Source: Bacteroidota bacterium
GTDB lineage: Bacteria; Bacteroidota; Ignavibacteria; Ignavibacteriales; Ignavibacteriaceae
NCBI GenBank assembly: GCA_021783875.1
Contig: JAJXTM010000001.1
Location: 1 to 56,691 of the forward strand
DNA: 56,691 nucleotides
Reading direction: 5' to 3'
The translations under genes and the position numbers were made by a program. Below the pieces are notes generated by a model. The model worked only from the letters and a program-made list of their open reading frames with translations. It made no database searches and had not been told where the DNA came from. Position 1 is the stretch's first letter, and every line of letters starts with the position of its first letter. Of the stretch, positions 11,501 through 20,440 are shown one piece after another.

Positions 11501-12028
11501 TATCTTAATTTTTTCTTCAGACTTAAATCTTTCACTTAAATCATGCAGAGTACCTTGACCGTAAAATTTTCCGTTGAAATTAAAAATTCTTGCACTTAGC
11601 TCAATGGGTATATTATGGCCATTCTTATTTAATATGGATAGAAATTCATTTTGAATTTTCTTTTCTTTAAATAATTTAGTAAGTATAATAAACGCTTTTT
11701 TTTGCTCGTTCTTTGGGACGAAACTTGCAAATGATTTATTTAATACCTCTGAGACCTCATATCCAAATGTTTCTTTACATGATTTGCTTATAAAAATAAT
11801 CTTGCCGGTCTGTGAAATTCGAAATATTGTATCTATTGAAGCTTCAGAGATCAAGTTGCTTAATGCATAGTTTTCATTAGCTAAATCAACATAATTGGAA
11901 AAATGCTCAGTTTGCGATTTATATTTATGCGGAATTATCCCATCTTCCAGCAACTTTAACAATAGTTTGCCGAATTCTTCAGTATTGGCTTCAGATAAGA
12001 CTATATTCTTTGCTTTAGACTTATTCAA
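8555..12028 (-). CDS. Cytoplasmic hybrid sensor histidine kinase: PAS-PAS-GAF-HisKA-HATPase-REC-REC-HPt
   Basis: H-box [14 protein letters not shown] boxes [25 protein letters not shown]. Two receiver domains ([18 protein letters not shown]). C-terminal HPt (FSHKLKGSS). No TM segment. Confidence 0.9.
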   Translation of the reverse strand: MNKSKAKNIVLSEANTEEFGKLLLKLLEDGIIPHKYKSQTEHFSNYVDLANENYALSNLISEASIDTIFRISQTGKIIFISKSCKETFGYEVSEVLNKSFASFVPKNEQKKAFIILTKLFKEKKIQNEFLSILNKNGHNIPIELSARIFNFNGKFYGQGTLHDLSERFKSEEKIKISENIFRSVWEKASDGLRLADEKGIVFMCNQAYAKMIGKPKSDIEGELFSKTYFPENQENELKKYLFKFKNNAFQLNFEKSPILWNGARAYFDISHSFIEGITSKKLLLSIFRDISDRKNNEVLLRKKDSLLQGIAEATKTLISINDPSLGFSAALKILGLAVQVDRVYIFKHKINEDTEEMYVSLLYEWASEETESQLNDPAFQRLSYSRFESLKFYDNFSKGKSLSFTIKNLPLDSKNVFIDSNIKSIILVPIIIDEKYWGFVGFDECKTDRIWTSNEESLLVTMSSMLGAVIKRNIIQEEIIKKNQELDQAVIRAEAGVKAKSEFLALMSHEIRTPMNGVIGMTGLLLDTNLDDEQKEYVDTIRLSGDQLLVIINDILDFSKIESDKLELEMQPLDLRECIEDSLDLLASRAGEKGIDLAYQVDGNTPITIKGDVTRLRQILTNLLNNAIKFTEEGEIFVSASANKIENELYEITFGVKDTGMGIPADKMDRLFKSFSQVDASTTRTHGGTGLGLAISKRLAELMGGKMWVESEYGKGSTFYFTIKGELVSSNSKIYLYGHIPKLAGKKLLIVDDNKTNRVILKTQADNWGMFTKVADNPKIALDWIINNEIFDIAILDYQMPQIDGLTLAQEIRKYSSGKELPIIILTSIGKKENPETIAHLNLSGFISKPIKQTQLYDTLISVLSGAQGIKKEKQSTDSKIDPNLGERFPLRILLAEDNAVNQKVALRILDKMGYRADIAANGYEAVNAVKHIHYDIVLMDILMPEMDGYAATKTIISELDADKRPKIIAMTANAMQGDKEECLAAGMDDYVSKPIRIDELQESLTKWSKIISEQRGDLISKVKKVKAKTKFVNEENISFLADIQTEADLGFLIELLDIYLNDLPVTIEKIKTSVTEKDFKNLQFFSHKLKGSSVTLGIDFVSEICQNLETKAKNNEFDDSVKNMSESLISNIDAVINELKLIKNKYINLQSNFTEI

Positions 12029-12217
12029 TTAGATTTTGACTCCAAGTATCTTAAATATATGTAGTTAAATGTGTTCACTTTTAATTTTTTAGATTTTAAG
12101 TTTTAATTTATAAAAAAAGCCCGAGATTTCAATGCCTTTACTTTTTGGATTAAAATTCTTTATTATTTAAGTTTCTTATTAATTTATTTATAAATCATTT
12201 TTGAGGGGATACTCAAT

Positions 12218-13399
12218 ATGAAAACAATTGTAACAATGCCAGGAGACGGCATCGGGAAAACGGTCCTCCCCGAAGCTATTAGAGTTTTAACTGCCGCTGG
12301 ATTTAATGCAAATTATATCCATGCAGATATAGGCTGGGAATTTTGGTGCAAAGAAGGCAACGCCCTTCCTAAAAGGACTATTGAAATTCTTGAAAAGCAT
12401 AAAATAGGATTGTTCGGAGCAATAACTAGTAAACCTAATTTTGCAGCTCTTCAAGAATTAGACTCTTCTCTAAAAGATAAAGGTTATGTTTACTTTAGCC
12501 CAATTGTAGGGTTAAGACAATATTTTGATTTAGATATTTGCATCCGACCTTGTAAATCCATCAAAGGTAATCCTTTAAATTTCATCCGGAGGGATCATGA
12601 AGGTTTTGAAGAGCCACATATCAATGCTGTAATTTTCAGACAAAATACCGAAGGGCTTTATTCAGGAATTGAATGGACAAACCCACCGAAAATCGTCCGA
12701 GATGCTTTCGAAACTCATCCTAAAATGAAATCATTTAAAAATATTAAAAATGAAGATTTAGCTATTTCAACAAGAATTGTTACAAGGAATGCATGTAGGA
12801 GAATTATTAGAGAAGCTTTTGAATATGCGAAAAATTATGGTTATTCTAATGTAACTATATGTGAAAAACCAAATGTCTTACGCGAAACTTCTGGAATGAT
12901 GCTGCAAGAAGGTAAATTAATTGCAAAGGAATTCCCGGGTATTCAACTTTGGGATACAAATATTGACGCCCAAATGATGTGGATAACAAAAAACCCTGAA
13001 ATTTATGGTGTCATTGTTGCCGAGAATATGTTCGGAGATATTATAAGCGATGGGTTTGCGGGACTTGTAGGTGGTCTTGGATTTGCTTGTAGTGCTAATA
13101 TCGGAAAAGATGTCGCAATTTTTGAACCTACACATGGTTCTGCTCCTAAATATCAAGAACTTGATCCTCCTATCGTTAATCCAATAGCAATGATCTTAAG
13201 CGCATGTATGATGCTTGACCATATTGACGAACATCAAATTTCTTCTAAAATTAGAAATGCAATTTCCAAAGTAATCATAGAAGGAAAGATTAGAACTTTT
13301 GATATGTTAAAGTTGAAAGGCGGAGCAGATGTTTTTGCTAAAGGAGCTGCATCAACTTTTCAATTAACAGATGAAATTATTAAAAATTTATCGAATTAA
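12218..13399 (+). CDS. Beta-decarboxylating dehydrogenase of the isocitrate/homoisocitrate/3-isopropylmalate family. Substrate is not resolvable by eye.
   Basis: MPGDGIGKTV N-terminus, substrate loop FSPIVGLRQYFDLDICIRP, and metal/NAD motif ENMFGDIISD. 393 aa. Confidence 0.75.
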   Translation: MKTIVTMPGDGIGKTVLPEAIRVLTAAGFNANYIHADIGWEFWCKEGNALPKRTIEILEKHKIGLFGAITSKPNFAALQELDSSLKDKGYVYFSPIVGLRQYFDLDICIRPCKSIKGNPLNFIRRDHEGFEEPHINAVIFRQNTEGLYSGIEWTNPPKIVRDAFETHPKMKSFKNIKNEDLAISTRIVTRNACRRIIREAFEYAKNYGYSNVTICEKPNVLRETSGMMLQEGKLIAKEFPGIQLWDTNIDAQMMWITKNPEIYGVIVAENMFGDIISDGFAGLVGGLGFACSANIGKDVAIFEPTHGSAPKYQELDPPIVNPIAMILSACMMLDHIDEHQISSKIRNAISKVIIEGKIRTFDMLKLKGGADVFAKGAASTFQLTDEIIKNLSN

Positions 13400-13471
13400 T
13401 ATTTGATTTAGAATAAATTGTGTATCCCCCATTTTGGTTTTTAGCGTTGAATTATTAGAAAGCAAGAAAAT

Positions 13472-14005
13472 ATGCGCAAAAAAATTTTAGAAATTTGGCC
13501 CGAAATTAATTGGATTGTCGATATTAATTTAAGAGAAAAAGTAATCGACTGTTGGGTATACGCAATTGAAAACAGCGCATTATCAATTAGAGACCTTGAA
13601 ACAATGCCCTTCTCTTTACTATTAAAAGATTGTAAGATTTCCTTTATTAACCATAAAAGGACTGCAGTACAGTTGTCTTTTGAAATTGCTAAAATTATGA
13701 AAAATAACTTTGGCAATGAAATTGAGATAAATTTTGATATTTTAACAGCCGGAGCAATTTTAATTGATATCGGTAAGCTTATAGAATATGATAAAATAGA
13801 AGGAAGATTAACTACAAGCAAATCTGGAAAATTAATACGTCATCCTTTTAGCGGATTAGCAATTGCAGATAGGTTTAAATTGCCTGCTGAAGTTCAACAT
13901 ATAATCGCTACTCATTCAAAAGAGGGTGATTTGGGTTTACGCACAATAGAATCAATAATTGTTCATCATGCTGATTTTGTAAGTTTTGATCCATTTAAAA
14001 AATAA
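13472..14005 (+). CDS. HD-superfamily protein with a variant metal dyad
   Basis: INHKRTAVQLSFEIAK ... AGAILIDIGK ... IATHSKEGD ... VHHADF follows HD-domain spacing. The canonical HD dyad reads ID. Confidence 0.55.
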   Translation: MRKKILEIWPEINWIVDINLREKVIDCWVYAIENSALSIRDLETMPFSLLLKDCKISFINHKRTAVQLSFEIAKIMKNNFGNEIEINFDILTAGAILIDIGKLIEYDKIEGRLTTSKSGKLIRHPFSGLAIADRFKLPAEVQHIIATHSKEGDLGLRTIESIIVHHADFVSFDPFKK

Positions 14006-14078
14006 GAGGTAATTACGGAATATAAATAAATTACTAAAATAGATTTATCGTCTTATAATAGTTAAACGGAGATTAATT

Positions 14079-16076
14079 ATGCCACAAACATTAATTGAAA
14101 AAATTGTACAACGATTTGCCGTTGACTTAGCACAAAATTGCGAAGTACACAGCGGAGATTATTTGAATATAAAACCGGCTTATGTAATGACTCATGATAA
14201 TACCGGTGCAGTAATTCCAAAATTTTTAAATATTTTTAAGGGGAATAATAATTCAAGTAAATTAAAAATTGCTAACCCCCGACAATTAGTTTTCACTTTA
14301 GATCATAATGTTCAAGACACGAGTGAAAAGAACCTGAGTAAATATAAAATGATAGAAGACTTTGCGAAAGAAATGAACATTGACTTTTATCCTGCTGGCA
14401 GAGGCATCGGACACCAAATTATGTGTGAAGAGGGATATGCATTTCCGGGGACAATGGTTGTAGCTTCCGACAGCCACTCTAACATGTATGGTGGATTAGG
14501 CTGCCTTGGAACACCTATTGTAAGGACAGATGCTGCTTCAATTTGGGCAACGGGAAAAACTTGGTGGCAAATCCCTCCGGTTACAAAAGTTACATTAAAA
14601 GGGAAATTACGCCCGGGTGTTTCGGGGAAAGATTTAATAATTTCACTTTGCGGCTTTTTTAATAACGATGAGGTCCTAAATAATGCAATTGAATTTTCAG
14701 GAGACGGTGTTCCATTTCTTAGTATAGACCAAAGGCTTACAATTTCCAATATGTCTACTGAATGGGGTGCATTGGCAGGTGTTTTTCCAATAGATGAGGC
14801 AACAATTAATTGGCTAAAGGACAGAGCTAAGACTATTGCCCAACGTTACCAAAATTCCTATCCAAGGAAAGATAATCATAATAACCATCATCCAAGATTA
14901 AATTATAATAAAATCCATAATCTTGAAAAAAAAATTATAAAAGCTGATAAAGATGCTTTTTATTCAAAAGAAATTACAATTAATTTAGAATCAATTCAGC
15001 CTTCGGTCTCAGGCCCAAATACGGTCAAGATTATGAAATCTTTATCTGAGATTAAATCTAGCGAAATAAAAATAGATAAGGCATATTTAGTCTCTTGTGT
15101 GAATAGCAGGGTTGATGATTTAGCTGAAGCAGCTGCAGTTGTAAGAAATAAAAGAGTTGCTAAAGGAGTAAAGTTTTATATTGCTGCAGCTTCTAAAGAA
15201 GTTCAGGAAGAAAGTGAGCAGCGAGGTGATTGGCAGGCTCTTTTGCAAGCCGGTGCAATTCCGCTTCCTTCAGGATGCGGTCCTTGTATTGGTTTAGGAA
15301 CAGGATTACTTGAAGACGGTGAGGTCGGAATAGCCGCTACAAATCGAAACTTTAAGGGCAGAATGGGATCACCTAATGCAAAAGCTTATTTAGCATCTCC
15401 TTCAGTCGTTGCAGCTTCTGCAATTGCAGGTAAAATTGACTACTCGTGGGAATATTGCCCAAAAAATATTTCATATGAATTAAAGATAAATCCTAAAATT
15501 AATAACAACACCAATGAAGTTGAATTTATAAACGGATTTCCTCAATTTATAAAAGGTGAAATAATTTTTTGTCATCAGGATAACTTGAACACTGACGGTA
15601 TTTATCCTGGTAAATACACTTATATTGATGATTTAACGCCTAAGCAACAAGCAAATGTTGTTATGGAAAATTATGATCCACAATTTATTGAGATCGCAAA
15701 AGAAGGTGATTTATTAGCTGTTGGTTTCAACTTTGGTACCGGCAGTTCTCGCGAACAAGCAGCTACAGCTGTTAAATATAAAGGCATCAAACTTTTGATT
15801 GCAGGTTCCTTTAATGAAACATATAAACGAAATGCATTTAATAATGGTTTATTATTAATTGAATGTCCGCAATTAATTAATGACTTGAAATCTAGATTTG
15901 GGAAAGAAAATTTGACTGTTAGAACAGGGATAATAGCTATCGTAAACTTTTCTAATTCAGAAATTAATTTCGATGATAAGAAATATTTCTTCGATTCTGT
16001 CGGGAAAGCAGCACAAGAGTTAATAATTTCGGGTGGGTTAGAAAATTGGATAATGAATTACTTAAAAAAAAATTAG
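14079..16076 (+). CDS. Aconitase-family hydro-lyase with large and small (LeuC/LeuD-like, homoaconitase-like) domains fused
   Basis: Fe-S ligand regions VASDSHSNMYG, LVSCVNSR and SGCGPCIG. C-terminal swivel-domain motif GTGSSREQAA. 665 aa. Confidence 0.8.
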   Translation: MPQTLIEKIVQRFAVDLAQNCEVHSGDYLNIKPAYVMTHDNTGAVIPKFLNIFKGNNNSSKLKIANPRQLVFTLDHNVQDTSEKNLSKYKMIEDFAKEMNIDFYPAGRGIGHQIMCEEGYAFPGTMVVASDSHSNMYGGLGCLGTPIVRTDAASIWATGKTWWQIPPVTKVTLKGKLRPGVSGKDLIISLCGFFNNDEVLNNAIEFSGDGVPFLSIDQRLTISNMSTEWGALAGVFPIDEATINWLKDRAKTIAQRYQNSYPRKDNHNNHHPRLNYNKIHNLEKKIIKADKDAFYSKEITINLESIQPSVSGPNTVKIMKSLSEIKSSEIKIDKAYLVSCVNSRVDDLAEAAAVVRNKRVAKGVKFYIAAASKEVQEESEQRGDWQALLQAGAIPLPSGCGPCIGLGTGLLEDGEVGIAATNRNFKGRMGSPNAKAYLASPSVVAASAIAGKIDYSWEYCPKNISYELKINPKINNNTNEVEFINGFPQFIKGEIIFCHQDNLNTDGIYPGKYTYIDDLTPKQQANVVMENYDPQFIEIAKEGDLLAVGFNFGTGSSREQAATAVKYKGIKLLIAGSFNETYKRNAFNNGLLLIECPQLINDLKSRFGKENLTVRTGIIAIVNFSNSEINFDDKKYFFDSVGKAAQELIISGGLENWIMNYLKKN

Positions 16077-16088
16077 ATTAGTATACTT

Positions 16089-17525
16089 ATGCAAAAATCA
16101 ATCTCAAGGCAGCTCTCTGAGTTTGCGGTAAATCTTAATTATAAGGATATTCCTGCAAATGTTATCAACGAAGCAAAAAAATTTTTATATGATTCTCTTG
16201 GATGCGCATTTGGAGGTTCTCAAACAAAAGATGTTGAAATTGTACGCAATCTTTATAAAAGGATAGGAGGCTCACCTGAAGCTACAATTATTGGTTTCGG
16301 AGATAAAATCCCAGCGATAAATGTTACTCTGGTCAATTCTTTGATGATTCGTTCTCTTGATTTTAATGATATTTATTGGAAGGAAGACCCATCACACCCA
16401 TCAGATTTAATTCCGGCAGCATTATCAATGGGTGAGTTTGTTAATGCTTCTATGAAAGAAGTTATTGTTGCAATTGTGCTTGCTTACGAATTTGAACAGC
16501 GATTATCAGAGTTTGCAATCCCTGGTATTCGTGAAAGGAAATGGCATCATGCTACATTGACGCAATTTGTATCTCCAATTGTTGCAGGTAAAATTCTGGG
16601 GTTAAATGTAGACCAAATGGTAAATGCTATTGGTATAAATGGAAGTCATAATTTCACGATTGGATGTCCAACAGCTGGGAAATTGACAATGACAAAGAAT
16701 TCGGTTGACCCAATGGCTGTGCAAGCAGGAGTGTTTGCAGCTTTGGTGGCTAAAGATGGTTTTACAGGTACCGAAGCAGTATTTGAAGGGAAAGAAGGAT
16801 TTATGGATTGCTTTGGAGGTTGGGATTATAAAGAGCAAAAAGTATCGCCGCTTAAAAAAAATGGGAGTAATTACGATGAGTGGAAATGGAAGACTGAAAG
16901 TTTATTCACTGATTTGGGAAATAATTTTAAAATTCTCGAATGCAGCATGAAAGCATTCCCCACTGAAGCCCTAACCCATTCTCATATCACAGCCACATTA
17001 AAAGTTGTAACAAAAAATAATATTAGTTACGATCAAATTGAATCAGTTACCGTTACTACCATTGCAAAGGCTTGCGATATCCTTTTTGATATTCACAAAT
17101 ACCGCCCTGAAACGAGAGAGACAGCAGATCATTCACTTCCATACTGCATTGCAGTTGCATTGGTTGATCACAAAATAACAACTGAATCTTTCACAAGAGA
17201 AAAAATGACCGACCCTAGAGTATGGGAAGTAATTGACAAGATAAAAGGCATAGCTTCGACAAAATTTGAGGAAATGTTTCCAGAAAAACAGCCATCAAAA
17301 GTTGTCATTAAAACAAAAGGAGGAAAAGAATATTCCGAGTATCTCGAATATCCTAAAGGAGATCCTCGCGAACCAATGACTAATGAAGATTTGGAAAATA
17401 AATTTAATGCTCTTTCTTCAAACCTAATTTCTTCAACTAGACAAAAAAAAATCAAGGAGATGATTTTGTCTTGTGAATTGGCTTCCGCAAGAGATCTAAT
17501 GGAAAATTTAATTATAAAAAAATAA
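16089..17525 (+). CDS. MmgE/PrpD-family dehydratase (2-methylcitrate dehydratase-like)
   Basis: 478 aa, N-terminus ...FLYDSLGCAFGG.... Overall resemblance to the PrpD family. 12-nt gap to the aconitase-family gene. Confidence 0.75.
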   Translation: MQKSISRQLSEFAVNLNYKDIPANVINEAKKFLYDSLGCAFGGSQTKDVEIVRNLYKRIGGSPEATIIGFGDKIPAINVTLVNSLMIRSLDFNDIYWKEDPSHPSDLIPAALSMGEFVNASMKEVIVAIVLAYEFEQRLSEFAIPGIRERKWHHATLTQFVSPIVAGKILGLNVDQMVNAIGINGSHNFTIGCPTAGKLTMTKNSVDPMAVQAGVFAALVAKDGFTGTEAVFEGKEGFMDCFGGWDYKEQKVSPLKKNGSNYDEWKWKTESLFTDLGNNFKILECSMKAFPTEALTHSHITATLKVVTKNNISYDQIESVTVTTIAKACDILFDIHKYRPETRETADHSLPYCIAVALVDHKITTESFTREKMTDPRVWEVIDKIKGIASTKFEEMFPEKQPSKVVIKTKGGKEYSEYLEYPKGDPREPMTNEDLENKFNALSSNLISSTRQKKIKEMILSCELASARDLMENLIIKK

Positions 17526-17565
17526 CTCATACAAAAGATAAAATTTTTAATTTATAGGATTTTTC

Positions 17566-18750
17566 ATGAAAACAAAAATAGTGAAATCATTTGCAGGTAA
17601 ACGCGGCGATAATGTTCGCTCAGACTGCTATTTTGAAATTTCAGAGAAAAAATCAGGCGGAATTAAACTTGAATTGAAGAGTAAAGTCGCTTCGATGTAT
17701 GGTGAATCAATAAAATCACAAGTTGTTGAAATGTGCAAATTCTTTGATCTAAAGAATGCAAATATTTATATTGAAGATAATGGAGCTTTACCATTTGTTA
17801 TCGCAGCAAGATTTGAGTTAGCAATCAAAAGACTCAATCCTATGGAGCAAAAAGAATTTTTAATTCCATTAAATAAAAAAACAATTTATAAAACAACAAA
17901 AGATAAACTAAGAAGGAGCAGGTTATACCTACCAGGCAACGAACCAAAGTTTTTCTTAAATGCTGGATTGCACAAGCCTGATGCGATTATTCTCGATCTT
18001 GAGGATAGTGTTGCATATCAGGAAAAAGATGCTGCACAGCTGCTTGTTAGAAACGCTTTAAGGGCAGTAGATTTTTATAGCGCAGAAAAGATGGTAAGAA
18101 TGAACCAACTCCCTCTTGGATTAAATGATCTCAAATTTATAATCCCACATAATGTACATGTAATTTTAGTTCCAAAATGCGAATCATCTGAGGATATTAT
18201 TACGATCGAAGAAGAAGTGGAAAGAATAAAGAGGAAATGGAATATTTCAAGAGATATTTTTTATATGCCCATTATTGAAAGTGCTTTGGGGATTATTAAA
18301 GCTTTTGAAATTGCCAAATCATCAAAGAATATTTGTGCATTGACAATAGGGTTGGAAGATTATTCAGCAGATATAGGCACTAATAAGACATTAGATGGGA
18401 AAGAAAGTTTTTTTGCTAGGTCCATGATTGTAAATGCAGCAAAAGCAGCTGGTGTGCAGGCAATTGATTCTGTTTTTTCTGATGTCGGTGACATGGAAAA
18501 CCTACGCAGAAATACTTTAGAAGCAAAATCTATTGGATTTGAAGGCAAGGGCTGCATTCATCCCCGGCAGATAAAAGTGGTTCATGAATGTTTTGCTCCG
18601 ACAGAAGATGAAATTAAAAATGCAGAAATGATTATTGCTGCATTTGAAGAAGCAGAAATAAACGGGATTGGTGTTGTTTCAATTGGGAGCAAAATGATAG
18701 ATGCTCCGGTTGTAAAACGTGCAAAAAAAATCCTAAACTATAACGGGTAA
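17566..18750 (+). CDS. Fusion of citrate-lyase acyl carrier (CitD, gamma) with citrate-lyase beta subunit (CitE, citryl-CoA lyase, HpcH/HpaI fold)
   Basis: Residues 1-95 align to CitD (FAGKRGDNVRSD..., IEDNGALPFVIAARFELAIKR). Residues from about 110 align to CitE (RRSRLYLPGNEPKF..PDAIILDLEDSVA). Confidence 0.75.
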   Translation: MKTKIVKSFAGKRGDNVRSDCYFEISEKKSGGIKLELKSKVASMYGESIKSQVVEMCKFFDLKNANIYIEDNGALPFVIAARFELAIKRLNPMEQKEFLIPLNKKTIYKTTKDKLRRSRLYLPGNEPKFFLNAGLHKPDAIILDLEDSVAYQEKDAAQLLVRNALRAVDFYSAEKMVRMNQLPLGLNDLKFIIPHNVHVILVPKCESSEDIITIEEEVERIKRKWNISRDIFYMPIIESALGIIKAFEIAKSSKNICALTIGLEDYSADIGTNKTLDGKESFFARSMIVNAAKAAGVQAIDSVFSDVGDMENLRRNTLEAKSIGFEGKGCIHPRQIKVVHECFAPTEDEIKNAEMIIAAFEEAEINGIGVVSIGSKMIDAPVVKRAKKILNYNG

Positions 18751-18765
18751 AAATTATAAAAAAAA

Positions 18766-20319
18766 ATGAAACTAGTAAAAAACGCAGCAGGTAGAATTGT
18801 TCCTAATGAAGTTAATGGTCGAAAAGAAGTACCATTTAAAGGGATAAATGAACATAAACCATTCGGGTATAAAGCAAAACCATTAATTAAAACTTGTATT
18901 GATTATCCATTGAGCGGGAATAAATTAGTTAAAAACTTAAAGGATGCACTTAGAAAGTGCGGATTAAAAGACGGCATGACAATTTCGACTCATCACCATC
19001 TTAGAAATGGCGATAATCTTACAAATATTATTTTTGATACTATCCATAGCATGGGAATTAAAAATGTTAGATGGTTTCCAAGTGCATCATTTTCAGTTCA
19101 TGAGCACTTAATTAAATATTTGGAAGACGGAACAATACATCATATTGAAGGAAGCATGAATGGCCCCTTAGGTAAATACACCTCAGAAGGTAAAATGAAA
19201 GGTATTGGTGTTTTAAGGTCACATGGAGGACGTTACCAAGCCGTTCAAGATGGCGAAGTTCATATTGATATTGCTATAATAGCGGCACCAACTGCAGATG
19301 CGTTTGGCAATTCTAATGGTGTAACAGGTAAATCAGCTTCCGGATTAATTAGCTTTTCGCTTGTCGATTCAGAATACGCTGATAATGTTATTGTGGTTAC
19401 AGACAATCTTATTCAATTTCCATGTATTCCCTGGCAAATTCAAGGTAACAATGTTGATTATGTAGTAGAGATTGATTCATTAGGTGATACTAAAAAAATT
19501 GTTTCAGGTACTACCGAAATAACAAAATCACCAGATCGATTGCTTATAGCAGAATACGTTGCACAATTTATTGAAGAGTCGGGAATTATGAAAAATGGGT
19601 TTTCATTTCAGGCTGGGTCTGGTGGAACGAATTTAGCTTTTGTGCTTTTTTTAAAAGATAGAATGAAAGCCAAAGGAATTAAAGCTAGGTTTGTTAGGGG
19701 AGGCAGCACAAAATATCTAGTCCAACTATTGGAAGAAGGGTTGACAGATTATATTCTTGATGGACAAACTTTTGATCTTGACGGGATTCGAAGTATGAGG
19801 GAAAATCCAAACCACATTAATACGAGCCCATTTACAAGCTATAATTTTCATGGTAAAGGAAATTTTGCTTCAATAGTTGATGTTGCAGTTTTGGGAGCAA
19901 CTGAAGTAGATATAAATTTTAATGCAAATGTAGTAAGCCATTCAGATGGATATCTTCTTCATGGGATCGGTGGTTGGCAAAATTGTTTATATTCAAAATG
20001 TACAATTTTAGCAGTTCCATCTTTTAGAGACAGAATTCCTGTCATCATTGATGATGTGACGACACTTTGCGGGCCCGGAGAATTGATAGACGTAATAATC
20101 ACTGAAAGAGGAATTGCTATAAATCCTAAAAGAAAAGATTTGATCTCGATCATGAAATATTCATCTCTTCCTATTAAATCAATCGAACAGATAAGAGATG
20201 AAGTTTATTCAATCTGCGGAGGCATCCCTACTAAACCAAAACTAAATAAAGAAAAAATAGTCGCGATAGTTAAATGGGTTGACGGTACTATCCTTGACTC
20301 AATATTTCAGGTTTTATAA
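18766..20319 (+). CDS. citF: Citrate lyase alpha subunit (citrate CoA-transferase)
   Basis: 517 aa. TISTHHHLRNGD motif and overall CitF-like sequence. Follows the CitD-CitE fusion after 15 nt. Confidence 0.85.
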   Translation: MKLVKNAAGRIVPNEVNGRKEVPFKGINEHKPFGYKAKPLIKTCIDYPLSGNKLVKNLKDALRKCGLKDGMTISTHHHLRNGDNLTNIIFDTIHSMGIKNVRWFPSASFSVHEHLIKYLEDGTIHHIEGSMNGPLGKYTSEGKMKGIGVLRSHGGRYQAVQDGEVHIDIAIIAAPTADAFGNSNGVTGKSASGLISFSLVDSEYADNVIVVTDNLIQFPCIPWQIQGNNVDYVVEIDSLGDTKKIVSGTTEITKSPDRLLIAEYVAQFIEESGIMKNGFSFQAGSGGTNLAFVLFLKDRMKAKGIKARFVRGGSTKYLVQLLEEGLTDYILDGQTFDLDGIRSMRENPNHINTSPFTSYNFHGKGNFASIVDVAVLGATEVDINFNANVVSHSDGYLLHGIGGWQNCLYSKCTILAVPSFRDRIPVIIDDVTTLCGPGELIDVIITERGIAINPKRKDLISIMKYSSLPIKSIEQIRDEVYSICGGIPTKPKLNKEKIVAIVKWVDGTILDSIFQVL

Positions 20320-20338
20320 AACATGATTTATTAAAAAA

Positions 20339-20368
20339 AGTCCGCAGAATATAAATACTCAACGGACT
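20339..20368. terminator. Weak hairpin between convergent citF and dnaK, possibly a bidirectional terminator
   Basis: AGTCCG-N18-CGGACT, preceded by an A7 run and followed by TTT. The stem is only 6 bp and the loop is large. Confidence 0.3.
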
Positions 20369-20440
20369 TTAGCCTAAAAGTAAATCAAATAAAATAAATC
20401 ATAATTAGAATCAGAAAATTTCTAAGGTCAAAAATTAATC

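Noticed and set aside
13441-13821. 126-aa minus-strand ORF overlapping the HD-domain gene.
   Set aside because: It is an I/L/S-rich low-complexity sequence with no motif. The plus-strand ORF shows HD-family spacing and fits the co-directional cluster.
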